Of a DNA stretch of 64,000 nucleotides, positions 50,694 to 64,000 are shown one piece after another; the stretch's first letter is position 1; each line of letters opens with the position of its first letter. The DNA comes from Laetmonice hystrix. Its lineage: Eukaryota. The translations under genes were made by a program, and so were the position numbers. Location of the stretch: positions 16,988,001 through 17,052,000 of the forward strand of contig OZ249441.1 of assembly GCA_965235115.1 (NCBI GenBank), in the 5' to 3' direction. The notes below the pieces were generated by a model. It saw only the letters and a program-made list of their open reading frames with translations, ran no database searches and was not told the origin of the DNA.

Positions 50694-50699
50694 TTTATT
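50694..50699 (-). terminator. Candidate polyadenylation signal (AATAAA) of the RSK transcript
   Basis: AATAAA on the minus strand followed ~25 nt later by GT/T-rich sequence (tctttgagtattggtatgtcttg); another AATAAA at 51146-51151. Confidence 0.35.
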
Positions 50700-53600
50700 A
50701 CTGTATGAATGCTCCTACAAATATTCTGAATGTCTACATTCTTCAATACTCGCAGTCTCACGGCAAGGAACCATGAGGAAAAGAAAACAACTGAAAATAA
50801 TAACATTCAGGAAGTGCCACTCCATTACAAAGACACAGAGTGATTTTAAATTGGTCTGGTATTGTGCAGACGGATTGGTACGGCGATTTTCACTTCATGA
50901 GTGATACGAAATCCTTTACTTTTTAATCTGCCGTCAGTCATCTTGTTTTATATTCCTGCACAAACAGCGCAAATGACGGTGCTGTTTCGACCCCAAGTAT
51001 TACAAATTTTTATGCATGGTCTACATGAAGAAAAGGGACTTTTAGTCTAGAGCTTATAATTATATTTACACTTTGCATAAGATACAGGTGTAGATGAGTG
51101 GTGGGAAGTACATGTACAGACATAATAAATTCCATTAATACATCTTTTATTAAACATTAGGACAGCAATGGCTTAGTTGTCACATATCCTGCTATACATA
51201 CATGTTAGAAACTAGTTTTTCATAGTTAAATTCTCCTTGGAACAAAATATACAATTCACCAATCAATTCTTTCATGCAATTACAACTGGATTTCTCTCTC
51301 AATCTCCCTTTCTCTCTCTCTCTTAAAGGCACACATGATATCAAAAACAAAGAAAATTGCATGAAGAAAAAATATTAAGGAGAGAAAACTAAAACATTCT
51401 AGCAGCCTTCACTGGTTTATATCAAGAGACTTTACTACTACAGTCCAACAACACTTTGTGCTTAATGGCTGAGTCAACAAGAACTTACTTTCATCCATTT
51501 TTGCACATATCAACCAATTCAATTTCTCCTTGTGCTTTTCAATACACACATATATCAGAAACACTTTGTAACATTCTGTACACCTATTGAAACTGCTATT
51601 TTACAACATTCATATCCTTGCTTTGTGAGCACACAAACTTTATCAAGTGTTCCTGTTTGTTTTAAGCTCAGACTACTGAACCTAACCTAACTATTTGGAG
51701 AAAAAAAGGTCATGAAATCCAAGAATTTGGACCAAACTGTCTTTCAACAGTGGCCCTCAAAACTAGCCTTGACCCAAAAGACCTCAAGGACATAATTATT
51801 TCAGTGCCCCTGTTATTATAAGGTACACATGTACTGTTTTTTCCCAAGCGCAATTTAACTGCGACTGCAAATTATAAAGACAGGGACAGCTACAAACATC
51901 AGCAGGTCTCTTAATCGCGGAACATCTACTGCTTCCTTCTATCAAACCAATGACAAATTCTACTAGTAACTTGTCCAAACGACTGAGTATAAACTGTCCA
52001 TATGACGAGTGGTTTACCTTGAGACCACTTCAAACCCACCATCACACCGGGACTCGGTCCCTCCTCGGACAGTTCTATCAGACTTTCCTATCTCACACTT
52101 CCTAAACCCAGCTCGGCATTAAAAGAAAAAACCAGTACTGAAAAGTTGCCAACCCGTAATAAGGTTAAGTGCTGCATTCCGTAACAGAAGCCAGACGTAG
52201 TAAGACCTATACAAAAGGAACCAAGATTCTCCAATGTCGTGTTAGAACATTTGAATATTTCGAATACTGGACTTCGAACGGCGCGCGTTTTCATGATTCT
52301 CACTCTATGCACTTATCGCCTCACACATCCTGATAATGCTACTGTAATTTAGTCTGTAAGTTTTGGACATAATTGTCTCCTGCCTCAGGTACACATTATT
52401 ATACAACGGCAAGAAGACTTATAATATTATCTACAATCTTATTAAACGGGATGCATAATAATACAAAGCATAGATACGAGTGAAAGGCTCAGGCCAATGT
52501 AGGCATTAGGAAGAGGGCGACATCTAGTTCGTATCAACACGGAAGCCTCATCTAGACAACAGAAACGTTGGGACCTTGAAAACAGGTGGGTGGCACCACC
52601 ATCTGACACACAGAGCGTCTGGAAAATTTATGGGGTTGAGAAAATTTCCTTTTTAGCATGAGCCAAGGAATCTATAACGGTAGGTGCCCAGTCTATGGAC
52701 CCAGACAAGGACTTTTGTCACTACTCCGAACATCGCATTCCCACTCAACATTCATCGCACAGCAAGTAGACCATCACCAAACATCATACAACAAAGTCAT
52801 ACCCTTTCTTAGGAATATTTCCTTCCTGTCCTACCACTCAGCCCTACAAAACAATGTAATCGAGAGAAAACACAGATGGTTGGGATGGGGGCAAGAGAAC
52901 CTATATTAGCCTAGATGTCAGCGACTTGTCAAAGATACACTGCCATTATATAAATTTTGTTAGCAACATTTTATAACTGCACTTTATGCCACCGTTACTG
53001 CTGGTTTTGACACGGTCCCCTCTCTACGCAGCGACTTCCCAAATTTGTATGGTGCTAACAAGAACAATATTATCACTGCTTTTCAGACTCACGGAATCAT
53101 TTCTCATCCAAAGTCCCTCAAAATCAGGTTAATTCAGACTATTTCAATAACTCTAATTCAATAGCTATCGATCACCCCTCTTTTTATCGCCGAGTTATGC
53201 TTACTTGGGGATATATTATAAAATAATATAAATGTCCATGCAAAAGAACCCTATGTTTTTGCACAGCTTTTTTACTTCTGTCAAGGAGTGGCACTAGGTT
53301 ATTCTTAATCATCGAAATATTATGTACAATGTGCTAATAAATCTTAAGATACCATTGATTATCTTTATTACAAATCAAACCGCAATCGTCGACACATTTT
53401 CTAAATGCACAAGGGCAACTTGTGACACAAACGCCCACCTCCCCTCCGTATTACAACTGATCTAGGTAATCACGAAACCTATAGACGTAAGGTATTCTTG
53501 CATAGCTGTGGGCCTGACAGTATAGACAGTATTCAGGGGGGCAGTTCTGACAGGGACACGTGATCAATCGGGAGTTAAACTGAGCCTATGACACGCACAA

Positions 53601-56245
53601 ACTCACACACTTTTACCCCAGTACATGTACTCACAATCCACGTCCGAATCACCCCTCCCCGCCACACACACACATTGAGAGATATCGTTGTATAGAGATA
53701 TTACCGGCATAAGCATAAGTTATAAACCCTTCTCGCTGTTAATGGGGCGTAATGGGTTGTCAGTTTACAGAGTGGGAGTGCATCAGTTCATGAGAAACGA
53801 TTACTACTTCCTACACGACCCGTGCTGCCCACCGCTCGGCTAGCTAACAGATCTAGAAAGGATTTCTTTATAAAAAAAAATGTTTTATTCCCCACCCCTT
53901 CCCTCCTTACTGCACAGACAGACAAACATATTACATAATACCTTTGCCTGAACAATGTCACCTTTGAGTGTAGAACAGGGCTCTAAGGCTGTGAGATATA
54001 ACATGATCAGCGACCAGCAAACCTAGATCTAGGCCTCACACAGCAGCATGATACGGCCTGTGCGTGTGCATGCCCACGACTGGAGCTCTGGGTTAACTAG
54101 CATTGGTATTAGTAATTGTAATAAGACTTGACCTTCAAACCATCATCAGACAGTATGGGAAACAGTGAGTGAACGCTATGAACGGTATACGGATAACCTC
54201 ATGTCTTCTATTTATTACAGAGATATCCACCATCGTACGGTGCAGTGTTTGTCCTAATGCCGTGTCATCTGTCCCATAGAAACAGGGACAAACACATTTT
54301 TTCTGTATGAAGCACAAGATCTGAAAACTTATGGTTATGATAATATAGCGACAGTAGTAATCGGTGCAGTACTTAATCCAAGGTAAATGTATAGGAAGAC
54401 AAGCGTCATATACTGAACGTCTCCCGATACACCGAAACCATCAGCTTCCATGTACCTAATCCAGACACACCGATACAGAACTTCTGTGTTTCTGTATTTC
54501 TATCGCACCACAGACCAGCATCTGTTCCGTCTTCAAATCTCTTTCCATTTCTACTTTTAATTTTTTTTTTCAGTTATGTTTTGCTTTGCCTTTCATCAAA
54601 GCTATCCGTTTCTCAACCTCTACATTACATACCGAACTGAATTCAGTACACTAGTAATGGAATATTAACAGAGGAAACATCACTATCGTGAGCCATGTAC
54701 ACGTGGAAGTTTGTAGCAGTTGTGCAAGATACAAAAGTAGAACTTGCCATTAGTATTCATCAGAGACTTTACAGTACGAATATATTTACATTTCTTTTTC
54801 ACATAAGTTCATGCATTGTCTGTCTATGGGCCCGCATAGCATAGCTCACGCTTTAGTATCAATTCTACATTAAGTAACATTATCAGTTCTTTCTGGCTCT
54901 ATGACGCCTATGACACCAGTTTGAATCTCAGAAAAGATAATTATGCGCCATTTTTATAATCATTTGAATCTAAGTCATGATCTTTTAGAAAATTAATAAG
55001 AGATTTAGAACCCACATCGATGACCGATTCCTTGAATATCGATGACCTGTCCCAGATAAATGCTATAGTTTTATTTGCTCACATTGCTGTGTAATGAAGG
55101 AATGGTAAATTATGTACTGGCCATTTAAAAACGGGATGATTTCTCCTAGAGTTCACTGCAAGCAGTGGATGTACCGGTATGTGTGTATTTGGTGACTAAC
55201 GCCTCGTCAGTGGAGGTAGGTAGCAAAACGAAACTTTTCTGATCATTTCTGCCATGTCCCTTTCAATCTCCCAGAACTTATCATCGCGGCGCATTTCTGT
55301 GCACTTCAAACGTTTGACATATTGTCGTATTTAACAGGGAACAATTATATGCACTAGTAAGCGATGCCTAGTTGAAAATGGCGACATGGTCCAAATTGCT
55401 TTAAATGTGTCCAAAACTTCAACAACAGTTTGCACAACCTGAAACTAGTCCAATTCCGAGGTGCAAACTTATGTTCTTCACTCATCCAATCATTTTAACG
55501 AGTTCTTTACACATCCAATCATTTTAACGAAACTGCTCTCCGTAAAAAAAAGAAACCATGAGGATAGAAAACGTGTTGTGCTGCAGACTTACGACCTGCT
55601 CAGTGAAATTATTGATCCCATACCTCGGTTTGTTCTATCAACTCGCATTCATTCTCTTTGTGCTTTATCTTACCATGAGTAACATCAACAGCTGTGCGAC
55701 ATCTCACTTCAATGCGATGTTCCATGCCCAATGTTTACATTGCGCACACACCAATCCACATCCACACTCCCACATACAGATGGACCAAGAATGGCAGTAT
55801 TCTCACAAACCGCTGGTCAGTACAGGCAGCCTCCTATGGAAGTGGTACCAACCAACCCCCATCCCATCCCCACCCAACGTACGCTTCTCAGTGACAAACA
55901 ACATTCAAAAATCAGAAAACTTACTGCTACGGGCTTAGCAAAGTTTGGTTTGACCCGCAAATAATCGCTGTCACCACAAAACAGTTAACTGTAACACTCA
56001 ACGTGAAGATGCAATCATAACAGTAGCAACATTGGGGGAGACGGTGGCAGGAGAACAATAAGGCTAGCGCCTTTCATCTGTCCAGCAACATTCCTCCAAC
56101 CATCGGTCCATCCAATCGCCATCATGGCAAAATACTCTTTGAGCAGAACAGTTCCTTGTCTACACTTGCCTTTGGACTGACTGGTCATTTAGGGAGGGTG
56201 ATGAGGGTGTTTAGGAAGAAATTATGTCTTGGTTAGCTGTATATT

Positions 56246-59216
<2,971 letters not shown>

Positions 59217-60276
59217 CTGTAACAATCAATGACAACTCCCCCTCAATTACCACTCTCAACGTTCCTTCGCAGCTTCAAGCCTTGATGGTGAAAGCCTTGC
59301 GACTTTCTGCTAACATCAGGGATTCTCATATTCTATAGACGGACAGCAGTCACTTCGCACGGTTACTTCCACAATAGATGAATGGTGAATGCGACTTATT
59401 CTGGAGGAAGAATTTAATCAACATTTCCAACTTGACCACATGGAAACAAGCAAATGAAATCATTAGTAACAAAAACAAAGATATATACAATTCCCTCTGA
59501 GACCATTAGCTTCAACCTTGAGAAACTGGGTGCACATGGGCAGGACCAGGCTGGAAATGGTTATTCAACCCGTTCTTGATAAAAACAGATAGCATATCTT
59601 TAATGCGGTAACATCTAACCGGTGCCTCCACTAATGACAGCCTGCTAATGACAGTAATAATGCAACCAGGATTATGCCCTGCCCCTTCTTCACTTGCATT
59701 CCCTCGTGCTTACGGCCAATTTCACTGCTGCTAAATTTAGCTTTGCCACTCTCAACATTAGCTTTATATATTGAATGGCTTCCGTAGTGATGAACGGCGG
59801 TCGGGGGCGGATAACTCTTCGCCGCGAGCCGCAATAGAGACATCAGCCTTGCTGGTGGACAATAGTGGCCAAACAATATCAGTGAGAACTGTTCATATAT
59901 ATGTAAACAGACTGCCCTTCTCATCCTTCGTAACCAACCTGCTAAGTATTAAGCGTCGACATTATGAATCGGCATATATACGGCCACCGGCACTTAGCGT
60001 GTGGAAGACAGGGGCTCTTACATTAATGAGGAGTGGGTGGGGGACTCAGCACATCAGTTAGTCCATCACTCCCCACCTCCCAATGACCAAGTCGACAACT
60101 TCAATTATTCTAGTCGTGATAAAATTTGCAATGTTGCAATTTACATAATGGTGGCTTTACATTAGATCTCAGATATATTTGATATGTACATGTGTATAGA
60201 GAGGGAGAGAAATCATAGCGGGAATTCATACGATCTTTTCAACTGAATCAATGTACATATTCGATGGAGTATCATG

Positions 60277-60364
60277 TGTGCCCACTGACACAACACGGTG
60301 TGCCCACTGACACAACACGGTGTGCCCACTGACACAACACGGTGTGCCCACTGACACAACACGT
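60277..60364. repeat. 22-bp tandem repeat, 4 copies
   Basis: Unit tgtgcccactgacacaacacgg. Confidence 0.95.
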
Positions 60365-60426
60365 TCACACACCGACAACACACACCGGTCTACCGACCCT
60401 CTGCCACGTGTTGGCGAGGTGCGATT

Positions 60427-61792
60427 CCCCGGCTAACTCAGGCTATATCCAAACCTGCCCTTACCCGGCTAACTCAGGCTCTATCCAAACCTACTCTTAC
60501 CCGGCTAACTCAGGCTCTATCCAAACCTGCCCTTACCCGGCTAACTCAGGCTCTATCCAAACCTACTCTTACCCGGCTAACTCAGGCTATATCCAAACCT
60601 ACTCTTACCTGGCTAACTCAGGCTATATCCAAACCTACTCTTACCTGGCTAACTCAGGCTATATCCAAACCTACTCTTACCCGGCTAACTCAGGCTCTAT
60701 CCAAACCTGCCCTTACCCGGCTAACTCAGGCTCTATCCAAACCTGCCTTTACCCGGCTAACTCAGGCTCTATCCAAACCTACTCTTACCTGGCTAACTCA
60801 GGCTATATCCAAACCTACTCTTACCTGGCTAACTCAGGCTATATCCAAACCTACTCTTACCCGGCTAACTCAGGCTCTATCCAAACCTGCCCTTACCCGG
60901 CTAACTCAGGCTCTATCCAAACCTGCCCTTACCCGGCTAACTCAGGCTCTATCCAAACCTACTCTTACCCGGCTAACTCAGGCTATATCCAAACCTACTC
61001 TTACCCCGCTAACTCAGGCTCTATCCAAACCTACTCTTACCCCGCTAACTCAGGCTATATCCAAACCTGCTCTTACCCGGCTAACTCAGGCTCTATCCAA
61101 ACCTACTCTTACCCGGCTAACTCAGGCTATATCCAAACCTACTCTTACCCGGCTAACTCAGGCTCTATCCAAACCTACTCTTACCCGGCTAACTCGGGCT
61201 ATATCCAAACCTACTCTTACCTGGCTAACTCAGGCTCTATCCAAACCTGCCCTTACCCGGCTAACTCAGGCTCTATCCAAACCTGCTCTTACCCGGCTAA
61301 CTCAGGCTATATCCAAACCTACTCTTACCCGGCTAACTCAGGCTCTATCCAAACCTACTCTTACCTGGCTAACTCAGGCTATATCCAAACCTACTCTTAC
61401 CCGGCTAACTCAGGCTCTATCCAAACCTGCCCTTACCCGGCTAACTCAGGCTCTATCCAAACCTACTCTTACCTGGCTAACTCAGGCTATATCCAAACCT
61501 ACTCTTACCTGGCTAACTCAGGCTATATCCAAACCTACTCTTACCCGGCTAACTCAGGCTATATCCAAACCTACTCTTACCCGGCTAACTCAGGCTATAT
61601 CCAAACCTACTCTTACCCGGCTAACTCAGGCTCTATCCAAACCTACTCTTACCCGGCTAACTCAGGCTATATCCAAACCTACTCTTACCCGGCTAACTCA
61701 GGCTATATCCAAACCTACTCTTACCCGGCTAACTCAGGCTATATCCAAACCTACTCTTACCCGGCTAACTCAGGCTATATCCAAACCTGCTC
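60427..61792. repeat. 36-bp minisatellite, ~38 copies, inside the RSK intron
   Basis: Unit cccggctaactcaggct(a/c)tatccaaacct(a/g)c(t/c)ctta; no length variants seen. Confidence 0.98.
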
Positions 61793-64000
61793 TCAAGAGT
61801 CTATAGAATCCATCACTTGGGCGGTTATGCAACGCTTCACCTTGCTGAGAATGAGTTACTTCTGCACTGACTGCCTCCTCCCCCGCTACCTTCCAACAAT
61901 CCGCCCACCCACCCCAAACTCCCACACTCCCAGCTTCAGCCAACTCCCATAGACGCATCCTTCTTTTCGACCTCTATGCCTGACTCTCAATATCGTTAAT
62001 CAGCATTAAACCCCTCGTCACAGTTTCAACAAAACATCTTATTCTATCTCATCATTAAACTTCACTACAGATAAAAGTATTAGCTATGAAACACTTGCTA
62101 AATACACCGATAATCCACTCTACGAACTATGATACTCTGGCATAAATTAACCCAGGTCGCAACAACGTTCACGCGGCTGCCAACTCAATTCTCCCGAGAC
62201 CCCACCATGCATGAATTGAACACGATACCGCCGACTGCCAAATGAGAGTTACTTAACGCCGGCGAATAAATCCTGCGTAGATCTCAACACCTGTGTCTTT
62301 AGTACGGGCTCCCGTTGTTACCTGCCCCTCCGGTAGCTCCAGAGTGTGAAACGGTCCCTGTCCTATCGTCCAAACCCACTCCCCTCCCTCTGTACCATCT
62401 CAACACAGACATACCTCAACGCCTGTCTCCTACTCGTATCAATCCTAGCAACAGACCATGCTTAATTAGCAGGGAAATTCTAGAAGTCAAGCTGGAAGAG
62501 TCGAAGCAGCACGCAGTATTAAGAAGGCCAAGGGTTTAGTCTCTTGAGGTCCCTCCCACTCCTCCCTGCACACCTGCGCTTTTAAAAACTTACATTAAGT
62601 TACTGCTGTACGAGGTCCCCAGTCTCAAGTTCTGCTACATCAGCACAGGTAGTCCCAAATACGGTCAGGAGCCATTAGTGTGGAGCCTATACTGATTCAT
62701 TTAGCTCATGAACAACACTAAGCACCAGTAAAAATGGTGTCATATCAGTTCCAACACTTAGCGGTTTTCCAGCGCTTTACCTTTTTGACAAATTTAACCT
62801 GATCCGTTTCGATCGGCGTATACATCCTTCCTCTGCCAAACAAAAAGCTAACTCTAAAAGTGATAATTCACAGCTACGACTAAGGGTTGAAGATCTCTGA
62901 TTCAACACTTTATAACTTGTGTAAATTGGTTCAATCATACACCGGTGACATATGGAAGCACTGAGATGGGAATTGTGAGCACGCCCCCAACCAATGGCCC
63001 TCTCCACTTGAGGCTCGTTACGGGCCGGCATGTCATCATCGCCTGCGTCCTCAGACAACCTTCAGCTTTGGGTCACGTGGATAAATCTGCCGGCTGGGAT
63101 CGAATCCTCCGCCCACGCACCCATCTGGACACATCACGTGCGCCCTGTGTGGATTATCTAGGGCCACTATGATAGAAATAATGGCCTCCTAGCTTGTAAT
63201 GTTGAGAAAGGTGTCTCTCTTAGGGAGTCATTCAATTCGCTATTCCTTCATTACTATATCTCGAAAAACATAGGGCCTTCCCACAACACAATGGGATGAG
63301 CAACAACATAGATTGCTCAAAGGTATAATAAGAATGGGCACAAAAGTTCGTCTCCGTCTTACTCAAATACCTTGGAAAGTATCAAACAATAAACCAAAAG
63401 TAATGAGGTGCAAAGTGAACCAGTAAGAAAACCTATTTCGGATGAGACAACACAAGACCTCGCTTGTATCTTGATCATTTACTGTCACCGTAAACACGTT
63501 CATCCCAATACTATTAATGGCTGTCCTCCCGGGCACACTTCTCGTAGCTTTTTTACCATGTTGGATAATTTCAGATCACCAGGATTTTCTTTTTTAGATT
63601 CTGCCTACTCGTCTTATTTCATTCCAGTGCTAAGATTTGTCGGACTTCCCTACTTGCTATCATTGTGCTGCCATCTAGAGCATAACACCAGCATCCCCAT
63701 CTGGTTAACCAAATCCTGATGAATAGTTCATGGGAAATACTGTCCTCACAACTGTAAGAGAACCACATCATAATATTATCTAAACATTATCATGCCATCA
63801 GTATCAAGGCAAATATTGCAGGAAATTAAAATTAAATTAAATTAAATTAAAGCCTCGCGTCTCTAAATAAATCACCGGTGTTTTACTCGAACGCAGGCAT
63901 GTTTGTTATCGGCATTCAGCGCCCCTTAGTGTGAAAACAAACAGCCACACCTTAGTTGGCCACTAACGCCATCTATCGACTCCCGTCATCAGACGGTTCG

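Noticed and set aside
62780-62840. AG...GT-bounded segment as the next upstream RSK exon
   Set aside because: No frame resembles the expected AGC C-terminal sequence (FD.EFT), so the upstream RSK exons lie beyond the window.
63200-63720. Possible LINE RT C-terminal remnant on the minus strand
   Set aside because: Only vague similarity with multiple stops; not supportable by eye.

Overview
Eukaryotic DNA that looks like an invertebrate metazoan genome (inferred from the spliced RSK gene, SINE types and transposon families). It is repeat-dense and has one 429-N gap (5928-6356). (1) The last nine coding exons of a p90 ribosomal S6 kinase (RSK/RPS6KA) gene lie on the minus strand at 56246-59216, probably with a long 3' UTR. 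(2) A decayed Academ-type DNA transposon spans about 18.9-28.2 kb, with ~500-bp terminal inverted repeats (TIRs) and a transposase/XPG-like/Cys-rich gene broken by a stop, frameshifts, a deletion and a tRNA-SINE; several small elements are nested in its left arm. (3) A candidate two-exon gene for a secreted ~330-aa protein lies on the minus strand at 5700-7549; its middle is hidden by the gap, and a PDGF/VEGF-like or prohormone identity is speculative. (4) Eleven minisatellite arrays (units 20-~80 bp) cover roughly 11 kb, and most long ORFs in the supplied track are artefacts of them. (5) There are many MITEs (Harbinger-, Tc1/mariner-, Kolobok- and hAT-like) and SINEs. No rRNA, true tRNA or CRISPR array was found. 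All alignments were done by eye.
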